NCBI RefSeq assembly: GCF_006345805.1
Contig: NC_042998.1
Span: 54,870,001 to 54,934,000, forward strand
Source of the DNA: Octopus sinensis
Taxonomy: Eukaryota
Length of the DNA: 64,000 bases
Reading direction: 5' to 3'
Position numbers and translations under genes: made by a program. The notes below the pieces were generated by a model. It did not search any database, had not been told where the DNA came from, and saw only the letters and a list, made by a program, of their open reading frames with translations. How positions within the stretch are numbered: the first letter of the stretch is position 1; each line of letters begins with the position of its first letter. Below are positions 13,765-26,610 of this stretch, one piece after another.

Positions 13765-16530
13765 CCTTTCTACTATAGGCACAAGGCCAGTAATTTTGTG
13801 GGAGGTGCTAGTCAATTATATCAGCCCCAGTGCTGACCAGTACTTATTTTATCGACCCCAAAAGGGTGAAAGGTAAAGTCAATCTCAGCAGAATTTAAAC
13901 TTACAACATAAAGACAGATGAAATGCCACTAAGTATTTTGCCTGCTATGTGAAATAATAATAATAATAATATACACACACAATCCTTGTCAGTGGATTTG
14001 GCTGACAGAAATTGAAAGAAGCCCATCACGTGTGTGTGTATCCTGTCCTTGACATCATATGAAAGTTGTAGAATAATTTTCACTGTCATACAATCATGGG
14101 GAAATATACTACCTTGCTTGGAAGCAAGAGGGGGTTGGTGTCAGACAGAGCATCTGGCCATAGAAAATTTGCCTAAAATAAATTCTTTCCAACCCATGCA
14201 AGCATGGAAAAATGGACAATGAAATGATGACAGTGATAATGATGAGACTTGGTTTAAATATCTTATTTCTCAGAAAAATCATCATATACACACACGCTCT
14301 TAACACCCAATGCTTCCCTCATAAAATCTGCATGGGAACTCTCAGCATCCCCAAAAGAGTACCACCACTACTTAGGTTAAGAACCATTATTCTGCATAAA
14401 AGGTAAAATAACTATTTTTGTTCATTGGTTTTGGTCTTTCTTTCATGCTATGGGAACATGGAGTTGAGATTAGATGGCAGAGTGGACAAAAGAAACAGAT
14501 GGCAGATGGTCACTCTACATATATATATATATACATGTATGTCCATGATGCAGACTCATATACACATGAGGTGGTGGTTGACAGCATAAAGAGAAAGAGT
14601 AATAGGCGCAGCTGTGCTACTATACTAGGAGAAAGAAAAATAGGAAAACCAGTCATAATGATACTGTGGTTGACACACAATTCTGCTGGCATGCACATCA
14701 AAGGTATACAGCTGCTATGATACATTTTGTATTTCATAGAAACACTGGCAGGTCATTTAGTTTATTTTTTTAATTACTAAATTAAAAAAAGCTTAGAATA
14801 AAATTTTGCTTCTTTTTTTTTCACAAGAAAATAACATTAATTTTCTCACTTAAAATATTAAGAAGTACTATAGTCAAAAGCTTGCATTTGCTGAAAGGGA
14901 AATTAATTTTTCTAATTAAAAATTTTAAAAATTTAATAATGAAAAATTTTGTATTTTTAATTCTGGGTAGAACAAGGAATCAACTTAAAACAATAGGTTG
15001 AAGATTACAAAGATCAAGGAAAACTCATGGAATCAATCATCTGTACAAAGAAATTTTATAATCAAGGAATCATTATCTTAAATATATTTCTGCCAAAATT
15101 TGAGTGTGTGTAATTTATTCCATATTCAAATAAACCCCATCTAATTTCCTAGTACTTTCATCATGTTGGCAAAGCTCACTTTGTAATTACGTGGTTTCTG
15201 GTTCAATTCTGCAGCATGGTACCTCGGGTAAATGTCTTCCATTATTGCCCCATTTTAAATGTATTTGGTAGATGGAAACTGTATGGAATCAGGTTGTATC
15301 TATATGAATGATGATGATAATCATCGTCATCATCCTTTAATGTCCATTTTCCATGCTGGCATGGATTGGCTAGTGTATATTTGTATATGTGTGAATCTTT
15401 GCATTTATTACAGACACGCATCCTGTCACTTGACAACCAATGTTGGTCTGTTTACATCCACTTAACCTAATGGTTTGAAAAAAGAGACCAACAAAATTGG
15501 TACCATTTTTTTTAAAGAAAACAAGTACTGGAGTTGATTTATTTGACTAAAATCCCTTATGGCAGTGCCCCACTATGGTCACAGTCCAGTGTCTAAAACA
15601 AGCAAAAGAGAAGAGTTATAAAATGGAATCCAATTTCCACTGGAGTTCCAAAGAATAGAGATGGTGGTGGTGGTGGTGGTGGCGGCAGTGATGGGGTGTT
15701 GTTTAGCTCTAAATTAGTCTTGGTCAAACAAACCTGTGGTCAAAATCATTTTAACTGTATTGTCCACTGTGTTCTTCCTTTTTGTTGCATGACAGAGTGT
15801 GATTTAAGAGAAATTTGGCTGCTGTTTCCAGCAGGTCAAGTGACTATGTAGAAGCTTCTTTGTGATCAGTATTGTAACCTATTTGTGATAATGTATTTAC
15901 AGTGGATCAACTTCATGCTGAATTTCTATCAATGAAAGTTTTCGATACCTAGCCAGAGTCTCTAATATGTTCTGATAAGTATGCAACTGTAGACATAACT
16001 TTTTTATTTGGTGGGGGATTGTTTCTTTGAGGTGTGATAAAAAATTTGGTCCAGTATTGTTGTGTTCAGATGTTTCTGCTTATGAAATACTTGAGTATGA
16101 CAATTCTACTATATTGACATATAGTCATTCTACTGAGAAATGTATAATGACAGCTTGGAGAGACATTTCATTAAAATATGTATGGAATCTGAAGGATTCC
16201 ATATGTATATCGAAATACTCCATTCAGTGATTTGACATTTTCTATCTTGTTTCGGTCATTGGACTGTGGCCATGCTGGGGCACCAATTTGAAGGGTTTTA
16301 GACAAATAAGTCGCTCCCAGCACTTACATTTTAAGCCTGGTACTTATTCTTGTTGAGCCTCACTATATCTACTGCAAGATGTATATATATTTCGTTTAGG
16401 CATTGCGAAACTAACAACCGGGTGTAGAACTCAATATATATATGCTTCAGAATGAAGCGTTAGTCAAGTACATAGCTGTGATAAGAAAATGAGATGACAA
16501 AAGAATAAACAATCATTTCATTTATATATA

Positions 16531-16899
16531 TACTCTTTTACTTGTTTCAGTCATTTGACTGTGGCTATGCTGGAGCACCGCCTATAGTCGAGCAAATTGA
16601 CCCCAGGTCTTATTCTTTGTAAGCCTAGTACTTATTCTATCAGTCTCTTTCGCCGAACTGCTAAGTTACAGGGACGTAAACACACCAGCGTCGGTTTTCA
16701 AGTGATGTTGGGGGACAAACACAGACACACAAACATATATACAATGGTCTTCTTTCAGTTTCCGTCTACCAAATCCACTCACAAGGCTTTGGTTGGCCTG
16801 AGGCTTTAGTAGAAGACACTTACCCAAGGTGCCACACAATGGGACTGAACCCGGAACCATGTGGTTGGTAAGCAAGTTACTTACCACACAGCCACTCCT
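16531..16899 (-). mobile_element. SINE family A
   Basis: Matches family A, full length. Confidence 0.9.
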
Positions 16900-17010
16900 A
16901 CACCTATATATATATATATATATGTGGGTGTGTATGTATGTATGTATGTATATGGGTGAGTAGAAAAACGAAAGAAGGGCACTCAGCACATTTATTGGGA
17001 GCTACATGTA

Positions 17011-17150
17011 CGGATCAAAACAGTTTGATTTGAACTCCTTGGTACTCTGAGTTTCAAGCATGATGCTATTCTTTCAAACTCCAATGACCAAAGATTAGCA
17101 TCGTGCTTGAAACTCAGAGTACCAAGGAGTTTGAATCAAACTGTTTTGAT

Positions 17151-17153
<3 letters not shown>
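17011..17153. mobile_element. Hairpin MITE with ~57-bp TIRs
   Basis: ggatcaaaacagtttgatt...caagcatgatgcta and its near-perfect reverse complement; TA flanks. Confidence 0.8.
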
Positions 17154-17193
<40 letters not shown>

Positions 17194-17203
17194 ATATACA
17201 TAT

Positions 17204-17237
<34 letters not shown>

Positions 17238-17249
17238 ATTATATATATA

Positions 17250-17294
<45 letters not shown>

Positions 17295-17335
17295 TATATA
17301 TACATATATACACACATACATATATATATATATAT
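17153..17335. repeat. Interrupted (TA)n microsatellite; similar tracts at 24550-24885, 39119-39279 and 39693-39766
   Basis: Direct reading. Confidence 0.98.
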
Positions 17336-17598
17336 CAAAAAATTTAGACCAAGTTTGAACACCCTGGGCTAGGAATATTAAAACAAAAGATTGGTCCTCT
17401 GAAAAGGAGAAGTGAAATTCCACCACAGCCGCTGCCTTAAACAGTCACTCACACTGACAGAAATATGTCTTAGGGAAAGGAAAAAAATTCATAAAAAGAT
17501 CTCTACGAGCAGATCTAATCCTGATTCATCAAGAAACTGATGACGTATTACCTCAGTGGGCAATCTATTGTCACCCTGCTTGGTCGGTTTCCACATAC

Positions 17599-17932
17599 GA
17601 TACAGCTAAGGGTCAGACTCGATTCTGATTGGTCTAAACATTGATGACGTCTCGTTCTGCTGGACTAGCCACCTAACGGGATGATTGGTCAAAACAGTGA
17701 TGACGTCACGTTCCGCTGGACTAGCCACCTAACGGGATACAGACATGGGTCAGAGCTAATACAGCTATAGGTCAGACCCGATTCTGATTGGTCGAAACAT
17801 TGATGACATCCCGTTCTGCTGGACTAGCCACCTAACGAGACGATTGGTCAAAACTTTGATGACGTCCCGTTCCGCTGGACTAGCCACCTAACAGGTGATA
17901 TAAAACCCAAACATTTCACAAGATTCACCAGA
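17599..17932 (+). promoter_or_regulatory. Tandem array of four CCAAT plus CRE/ATF modules followed by a TATA box and Inr-like site
   Basis: GATTGGTC..TGATGACGTC..GCTGGACTAGCCACCTAAC starts at 17627, 17683, 17786 and 17842 (third copy has TGATGACATC). TATAAAA at 17899-17905; TTCAC at 17924-17928. Confidence 0.55.
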
Positions 17933-18367
17933 ACTATTCGAACAGACACCAACCAACAGTCATCACAGTTGCTCCCATTGGAACACAAGGTAAAACCTAA
18001 AATGAATTCCTCGCTTTTTCAAGAACATGAATTTTTTATATTGAATGCATATCACCACTATGAACTACTACTTCATACTCTTTAAACATATAGCGTGGAC
18101 TCGCTCCACTATATATGAATTTTTTATTATATATGAATTTTTTATATTTGATAGCATGAACTATCTTTTTTATATATAAATTTTTTTTGATAAGGTTCGT
18201 CATTTCAAGAACCGAAACATGTTAAATAAATAATGTATATATAAAAATCAAAAATTTGTCTAATATAGCAGCATTTTCAAACTTCATTTTTTACAAATAT
18301 ATACCCACTCGTATATGAGCTAATTTTATTATAAATATATATATATATATATACATATTTATATATA

Positions 18368-18790
18368 GTTAATCCAAACAAGAAAACACAGAAAAAAACA
18401 CAGCAACGCAAGGACGTGGAACAATTAAAGTATTATTTGACGCTCAGGAAAGAAGGGAAGGAGGGTTTAATGTTTCGAGCGGAGCTCTTCGTCGGAAACA
18501 AAGGAGAAGGAAAGATCCCGAGAAGGGAAGACAGAGGAAAAAAATATATTTGCTGGTGATGCTCAAGAGATCACATGTTGAAAGAACACAAGTGGAAGAA
18601 TGGAGGTGGAAGAAGAAAGGTAAAGAAGGAAAGTACGGGAAGATAAGTTCAGGAAAAAAGTTCAGGAGAAAGTTAATAGTATAATAGATGCTACCACCTC
18701 TGACAATTACAAAAGAAACTGAATATGGTTGTATTGGAAGGTTCAAAACCTCACAGTGCTAGTAGTTTCATCGTGAGTAAGAATCTCCAG
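18368..18790 (-). mobile_element. Penelope-like element terminal (pLTR) fragment next to (TA)n
   Basis: Carries a minimal hammerhead motif and a downstream tttcctgagcg motif shared with the 39279 copy; abuts (TA)n. PLE assignment is inferred from the known PLE-hammerhead association. Confidence 0.6.
18465..18499 (-). ncRNA. Minimal type I hammerhead ribozyme-like motif (core variant CCGACGA)
   Basis: Minus strand GUUU-CCGACGA-A-GAGC-UCC-GCUC-GAAAC-AUU-AAAC: stem I GUUU/AAAC, stem II GAGC/GCUC. U4 of the core is C. Confidence 0.55.
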
Positions 18791-20532
18791 TCCATTTATA
18801 CATATGTTTTTGTGCCTGTCTATTTCTATATTTACATGTATGAAATATGCTATAGAGAGACTATTAATACATGTGGCTAAGGATAGGTGGCTGAGATTTC
18901 ACTGATTGGTTTATTTTCTGACATCATAATTTTCTCAATAACTCATGTTTTGCAGTTTAATGGCTGTTTATTCCTCTTATTAAATAGTTTTCAGTCATAC
19001 TGGCCTTGACAGCCATAGTGTTTACATAAAATCTTCGGTTAAGACAGTTAGTATAGTAAATCTTAAATTGTGTTTAATACAGCCATTGAGATATAGGAGG
19101 TGATGTTATGAATTTAAGTCGCAAAATATGGGATTTATTTTTTATTTTTATGACAAATAAAATTATAATGATTAAAACATGTAATTTGTTTTGACATTTG
19201 ATAAAGATCTAAGCTTTTACTATGTAATCAATCTCTTAATACTTTTTTTTTCTTGGCCAGAGGACCCAGTCTTACTATGACTTATACTAACACTGACATC
19301 TTCAGATGCCAACAAAATGAAATGATTGTTTTTGTCTCTTTTCATTTGTCTACTCTTGTAGATTGTGAACTTTTCAATTGTCCAATTGATTTATTTATTT
19401 GTATTCTACTTATGTTCTTGTTAAGTGTCTGGAATAAACAACACAGACAAATTTAAAAGAGAGGAAACAAAAAAAAAAAAGAAAATTATAATGAAACATA
19501 GAAATGGTTTTAGGACTAGAATTTAGAACATTCCAGAAAAGTATGCTCAACCCTAGAGAAAAAATATAATCAGTTTTTGTTCCTTTTCCCTATTTTTCTT
19601 TCTTTCTTCCCCCACCCCAGTTTTGTTTCATGATTCTACCCATTCACCTCTTTAAACAATTCAATTCTCAAATCACCCCTCTTCTCAAGCAACACATAGC
19701 TCACCACCCAGCATTGTTGAATTATTTTAATACTGGAATGTGTGATGATGTCTATCTAAAGACCAAATAGGCTCATATCTCATCCATGATTTGTGTGGTC
19801 CTATAAAGGTTTTGACCACCCACTTGCTTAGAGTATAAACCCCCCTAGGGCATTAAACATAGATGTCTTGTTTGTGGGGACTGAGAAATAAAGTATATCA
19901 GAGTTTAATCAATACTGACTATGAAAGTTCTTGTTTAGACATTTCCACTCTCACTTCATTCCAAATCTTTGTTATCTATATCTACTTACAGTGCACTTGG
20001 CCACCTACCCACCTTCCCCCCCGCTGTCCCCGCCTCATGTATCTCTATCATCTTTGTTGCCTCCTACTTATCAGCCTATTATTTATGTCACATTTTTCAT
20101 CCAAGCTCTTTATTTCCAATTACTTTTATATTCAATACACCAACTTTTTGTTCACTTCAACTTTGACACAAAAATAGCTTTGGTAAGGAGAAAAATCTTG
20201 TTTTTGGTTTGAGATCAATGGAAATGGTCAGGTCAGTCCATTTTCTGTCAGTTTAAATCTAAACTTACGAATGGATGCTAACATTAGAGGACATACCAAA
20301 AAATTACTTTCACCGAAAAATGTTGTCTAATGACTTAGATTTGAAGATTTTTCTCTAAATATTTACTTTCTCTGCTGATGCTTAGACCTTTCATTATAAT
20401 ACCGAATTACCTCTTTCTTGGAGATACTGCCTTATAGCTATTAGCTTTTACATTTCAAAGATTTATAACATAGGAAAAGAAAGTGAAGAGAGATTTGTGT
20501 GCATGTGTGTGTGTGAGACAGAGAGAAACATA

Positions 20533-20578
<46 letters not shown>

Positions 20579-20582
20579 TACG

Positions 20583-20802
20583 AGGCAGCACGGTCGCAGA
20601 ATTGTTAGCATGCCAGGCAAAATGCTTAGTGGCATTTCATCCGTCTTTATGTTCTGGGTTCGAATTCTGCCAGGGTCGACTTCACCTTTCATCCTTTCAG
20701 GGTCAATAAATTGAGTACCAGCTGAGTACTGAGGTCAATGTAATCAACTTACTCCTCCCCCAAAATTTCAGGACTTGTGCCTGTAGTAAAAAGGATTATT
20801 AT
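20583..20802 (+). mobile_element. tRNA-derived SINE family B, just upstream of the TSEN54 acceptor
   Basis: Head gcagaattgttagcatgcc, core acctttcatcctttcagggtcaataaa, tail cttgtgcctgtagtaaaaagg plus (ATT)n. Confidence 0.85.
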
Positions 20803-20858
20803 TGTTGTTGTTGTTGTTGTTATTAACAACATCTGATGTTTTTGCTTTTTTTTTTCAG

Positions 20859-21012
20859 GTTTGATGACAAACCTCCAAGTTTGGCAGATTTCATCCAACT
20901 TACCAGGTCACTTAGTGATCAAGTACCTATCAACTGGGCCTTTTCGGACAATGGTGAACTGGCATTCTATACATTCCAAGGCTTCACTATCCCAAAAGAA
21001 GCACTCAGTTGA
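20859..21012 (+). CDS. TSEN54: Terminal coding exon of a tRNA-splicing endonuclease subunit Sen54 homologue (upstream exons not located)
   Basis: Polypyrimidine tract and AG (tttgctttttttttttcag) precede a phase-2 exon. It reads FDDKPPSLADFIQLTRSLSDQVPINWAFSDNGELAFYTFQGFTIPKEALS*, matching from memory the TSEN54 C-terminus (FDEPVPDL...[25 protein letters not shown]). Not in the ORF track because it is 50 codons with no start. Confidence 0.8.
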
Positions 21013-21084
21013 ATGTCACTTGTTTTATAATATGTTAGAGCATCAGGGAAACACATTGGGAAGTTCTAATGTATGCATGATGGA

Positions 21085-21090
21085 AATAAA
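21085..21090 (+). terminator. Putative polyadenylation signal of TSEN54
   Basis: AATAAA 73 nt after the stop codon, followed ~25 nt later by a T-rich tract. Confidence 0.45.
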
Positions 21091-21464
21091 CTATTTTTAC
21101 CAAATGCCTGTTGCATGTTTTTTTTCTTTTTACATTTTACATTTTTTCTTCTTGTTTCACTACCAGTCAACTCTGGTCAAACAATAGTTAAGGATGTATG
21201 AGATTTTAAATTTGAGGACAGCTGCGTAAAGAAGTGCCAATCTCTAATTGTGAAGAGGTCCTGTGGAAGAGGCAAACCCAGAAATATGTTGGATAAAGTG
21301 GTGAAATATGATCTCCAGATGTTGAGTGTCACAGCGGCAATAAAAAAAGGGGACATCAGATGGGCAATGCATACCCTGTGCACAGATAAACTTTTTCAGA
21401 AATTATAGTGTTGCTTACCCATGTTTTTTTATTGAACTAATTATCTTCTTTTTTTAAGTATCAC

Positions 21465-22455
21465 CATTATAGGTGAATTTAAGAAATCAACTCGTATATA
21501 AACGAAACCCTTGAATCTATCACTGTACATACACACACACAGAGGTGCATATCTGCATGTATTTATATATGTGTGTATGTACCCACACATGTCTATGTGC
21601 AGAGATACACCAAGATCTATACACACACAGGCGAGGGTCAGTTCATATGAAAAAGAAAGTGAACAAAATGAAATACTTATAGAAAATATTGCATAGACTT
21701 TGAGAAGTGTTTCACTGTTACAGGTATTTATACTCTGGTGAAATTAAGAAATCATCTCATAGATAAATGAAACCCTCGAATCTATTACTGTACACACATA
21801 CACATACAGAGTTGCATATCTCTGTATGTATGTACCCACATGTGTCTATGTGCATAGGTACACCATGATCAATGCACATGCAGATGAGGATCGATTCATA
21901 TGGAAAAGAAAGTGAACAAAACACAATACTTATAGAAATATTGCATACAACTTAAGTGTTTTCAACATCTTTCAATGATGGCAGGTGAATAAAACATACT
22001 GTAGTTCATTGTAGGATATAAATAATATGACCACTTGCTTATCAAGAAATTCGTAAGTTTCATTTTTTTTTTCAAGTATCAATTATTATCGGTATTTATA
22101 CTCTAGTGAAATCCACTTGTAAATAAACATAACCCTCAAATCCATCACTGTACACACACACACAGTCGCATATCTATGTATGTATGCACATGTCTCTACG
22201 TGCATAGGTACACCATGAGCTATACACATATAGATGTGGGTCAATTCATATGCAAAAGAAAGTGAACAAAATGAAATACTTATAGAAAGTATTAGAATTT
22301 GAGAAGTGTTTCACCATTCTAGGTATTTATACTCTGTTGAAATTTAGAAATCAACTCATAAATAAACAAAGCTGTCAAATCCATCACTGTACACGCATTA
22401 GCATGCACACACACACACTCAGTCACCACAGTCTCATATCTATGTATGTATTCAT
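21465..22455. repeat. Diverged local tandem repeat, ~250-bp unit, ~3.5 copies
   Basis: Anchor aagaaagtgaacaaaa at ~21653, ~21906 and ~22256; anchor ggtatttatactct at ~21724, ~22091 and ~22323. Confidence 0.9.
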
Positions 22456-22514
22456 GTATGTTTGAAGATAATCAAACCAAATTTTCATCATTTCAAGCCA
22501 CTCACCCAATGAGT

Positions 22515-22628
22515 ATTTCTGCCAAACTTGGTGAAAATCCGTTCACCCATTTTCCAGTAATTTTGCAAACACACAGACAAAGATTAGTGATTACAATACC
22601 CTGCTTTGGCTTACGCACGCAAGGTAAT
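22515..22628. mobile_element. Helentron-like 3' fragment
   Basis: gccaaacttggtgaaaatccgttc...acagac...tacaatacc...gcaaggtaat. Confidence 0.45.
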
Positions 22629-22639
22629 GATAGGTGACC

Positions 22640-23075
22640 AAGCCTTCTGGCAATTTGCTGTACTTGAGAAGATATGTCAAGCTAAGCGAAATCATAGTTG
22701 TGGCCAGTGCTGATGACACATGAAAGACACCTGTATTAGTGGCACACATGTGAGGCACCTATACCAGTGACACAAGTGAAGCACCTGTGCCAGTGTCATG
22801 TAAAAGGCACCTATGCCAGTGACACAGAGAATGCACCTGAGCCATTGACATGCAAAAGGCACCCATGCCAGTGACACATAACAGGTTCCTGTGCCAGTGA
22901 CACTTAAAAGGCACCAAGGCAGGTGATACATAAAAGACACCTAGTACACAGTATGGAGTGATTGGCATTAGGAAGGGCATCAAGCCAAAACACTGGAACC
23001 TGATGCAGCTGTCTGGCTTACCAAGTCCCAGCCATGCCAGCATGGCAAACGGACACTAAATGATGATGATGATAA
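22640..23075 (+). mobile_element. SINE-like family C with internal ~25-bp minisatellite; other copies near 5355, 6585, 9452-9786, 11200 and 25258-25790
   Basis: About 10 units of gcacc(c/t)atgccagtgacac-taaaa, then ggcattaggaagggcatc...ccatgccagcatggcaaacggacactaaatgatgatg. Confidence 0.8.
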
Positions 23076-23289
23076 ATTGCTAAGAGGAGAAGTCTAAGTA
23101 TCTCAGGACCTTCACAAGTGGTGAGAGGTAGGTGGCTGAATTGGATGCTAGGATTTCAAGCTGTGGCCCAGTAGAGTGCCAGTTCCAGCAGTCAATTCTC
23201 CAAAGAGGAGAGGTTGGTAAGAACCCAAACTTGCTATCTTCAATTCAGTTTGCAATTATTATGAAAGCTGTGTAATAACTAAATACAAG

Positions 23290-23435
23290 CAACCAAAATG
23301 GGATTCCTATGAAGGAGCTCTGGAGTAAAATTACTGAACAGGGAGCATAATTCAGAGATCAAGGAGTCCCTCCAGGTCAAGCCACTAGTTCTCCACATTG
23401 AGGGGATCCACAGCTCAGATACTTTGGACATATCT
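23290..23435 (+). mobile_element. Degraded RTE-like LINE 3' fragment
   Basis: PLVLHIEG / QLRYFGH with a frameshift (cf. PLLLHIERSQLRWFGH). Confidence 0.5.
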
Positions 23436-24554
23436 TTTAGTTTTAATTTGTTTCAGTTATTAGACTGTGGCCATGTTGGAGCACGAATTTTAGTTGAACT
23501 AAAATTGTCCCCCCACCACTGCTTGACAACAGGTGTTGGTTATGTTTGCATAGGTCGCTAGGACTCTGTGGTTTGGCAAGAACTATGAATTGCCAGTCTT
23601 TAAAACAAAATAAGTACTGGGGTCAATTCAGTCAACTAAAAGTATTTCACGGCAGTGCCCCAGTATGGCTGCAGTCCAGTGAGTGAAACACACAAAAGCT
23701 AAAAGATAAGCCTATGAGAGAGTCTCCATGTGGACACGTAACCTGATGAAATAGTGCAACATTTTTTCCTCTCAAAGCACACCCACCACCTTCAGAAAAG
23801 AAGGCTGTATTAAAGATTGGTTTAAAATAAATACATAAATAATAAATAGATAAATAAATAAATGAATAAAGATTTTCATGGCTGGAATGCCTTTGATCAT
23901 AAGTATCCTTGATCAAGACTGACGTTAAACTAAACAGCAACATGAATGGAATGAAATGTTCTAAACTGATAATACGAAAAAGGAGACACATTTGGCTAGC
24001 CAAGGGTTTATTATCTCTTCTCTACAACGCCTACCAGCTCAATATATTAAAATATATATCATGATGTATGAGCAGAAGGAAAGAGGCGTGGCTGCAAATG
24101 GTTTTGATATGTGATAAGGATGAATGCTGCTTGCTTGCTGACCAAGGTAGTGAGGAGAGCCAACCAGTTAACCAACTAGCCAGAAGATATATTAGGAACC
24201 AAAGAATGGTGTTGAGAAATTAGAATATATCTCAATGGAATCAACAAATTGACAGTGACAAAATTATCAGGCTTATATCAAACATGAAGAGTATTGACAT
24301 GAATATGATCATGGGGGTTGAATAAAATGGTACTAGAAATCTTCTGCCCAGTTGTGGTCAGTATTAGCAAGGGTGGTTGTATGTACACATATCATGTGGA
24401 ATAAAGATTATGTGATATATTGACATGAAGTTTTTGACATCAGGCAGACTGGATTGATATACAAACGAACTGACATAAAATGGTTAAGGTCTGTTATGAT
24501 TATGTGTATTATATGTATATATGCACCTATGTTATGTGTGTGAATGTATATATA

Positions 24555-24597
<43 letters not shown>

Positions 24598-24707
24598 GTG
24601 TGTGTATGTATTATTGTATATCTATATATACATATGCATGTGTGTATGTATATATGTATGTACATATTTACATATGAGCATGGAAAGCGGACGTTAAACG
24701 ATGATGA

Positions 24708-24752
<45 letters not shown>

Positions 24753-24838
24753 TATGTGTGTATGCACATATATATGTGTGTGTGTGTATATATGTATATA
24801 TATATGTATGTATGTAAGTATTTATATGTATGTATGTG

Positions 24839-24887
<49 letters not shown>

Positions 24888-26409
24888 TGATAATACTGAA
24901 ACTCTAGAGATGCTTGTTTGTACCCAAAATATCTCAGAAATAATATATTTGGTCTTAATTTATTTTGTGTATTTATTTTCATACTTTTGCTGTACAAATG
25001 TTTGTGGTATTTGGACCTCTATTTATTAATGAAAACGATTTAACACATTTTTTGTTTGTTATTTCTTGATGACAAAAATATGGTTTCCATGACATGAACA
25101 TGCATACACACATACAGAATACACTCTCATATAACGAATGTCATGGTGTGTCAATCAACAGAAATACACATCCTCTATCTATGACATATAGACATAGTCT
25201 TTGCGCTCTCTTAGAAAAAAGAACATTGACTTTATGGTGTGCACAATATTTTAATCCTCATCATTGTTTAACGTCCACTTTCCATGCTGGCATGGGTTGG
25301 ACGGTTTGACTGAGGACTGGTGAGCCAGAGGCTGCATCAGGCTCAATCTGATCTGGCAAATTTTCTACAGCTTGATGCACTTCCTAACACCAACCACTCC
25401 GAGAGTGTAGTGGGTGCTTTTTATGTGCCACTGGCATGAAGACCAGTCAGGCAGTTCTGGCAATGACCACACTCATGCTGAAAAGGTGTTTTTGTGTGTT
25501 ACCTGCATGGGAGCCAATCTATGGCCCTGGCAATGATCACGCTTGAATGTGCTTTTAATGTTCCACTGGCACGAGTGCCAATCAGGTGGTACTGTCAACC
25601 ACATCAGCGATTTTGGTTTGTTTACACTTGCCTCAATAGGTCTTCACAAACAAAGTTTATTGTCCAGTGAATGAGGGGTACTCATAAGTGGGCTGGATAT
25701 ATCCCTGTTTGGATGTGCTTTTAAGGTTCCACTGGCACGAGTGCCAATCAGGCGGTACTGTCATCAGCCATGTCGGCAATTTTGATTGCTCCAGTATGGC
25801 CACAGTCAAATGACTGAAAACAGTAAAAGAGTAAGGCACAATACCAGCAGTTTTAAGGGAAGCTGACTAACTAATACCATTGAGCCTAGTACTTGACTGG
25901 TACTTTATTTTATCAACTCTAGAAAAATGAAAAGCACCAAAACAAAGTGTCAAAAGAAATATTGCAAGGTATTTTTTCTAACTCTCAAACAATTTTGGCA
26001 GCTCACCCCACTAAGGGCAAGGCCAGAATTGTGAAGGAAGGAAATGGTCAGTTAAATTGGTCTGAAATAACTAACACAGCATGAGCCCCAGTCCTGATAC
26101 CACTGAAGGGGTAAATCTTTTCTCTGTGAGTAAAATTTGGTTGTTGGAGACTGTAAGGATGCCAAATGAACAGATGAAACTTGTGACTTGAAGGCCCAGC
26201 CTGATCATGTTGATTTTACCCAAGAATGGTTTTACAGACATACATGTCTGTGGAATATTCATCCATTTATGGTTAGTTCAGTTGATCAAATATATTAAAT
26301 GAATGAAATCAATAGAAATACTTTTTTTTTCTATACTGGCACTTCAAAAAACATGAAATGTAAAGTTAACCCCAGTAAGATTTTCACTAAGATTTACTGC
26401 CATAAGACC

Positions 26410-26610
26410 AAAGGAACCATTAAGGATATAAAGACACAGAAAACAGCTTGGCCATCAGGGATAGTTGCTGAAATACCCACAATATCCAGCAAAGCAGTAC
26501 ATGTAATGTCAGTCACATAGTCAATGACATGGTAAAGAGAGAGAGGTGTTATCGCCAATAACTGGAGCAACAGTGTGATTGCCAACTGCTACAAAGAGAT
26601 TGTCTTGAAT
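26410..26610 (+). mobile_element. RTE LINE fragment (RT N-terminus), degraded
   Basis: Reads IKDIKTQKTAWPSGIVAE...GVIANNWSNSVIANCYK (cf. KMK.GKAAGPSGIVAE...IP.DW..S.IV..YK). Confidence 0.65.
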
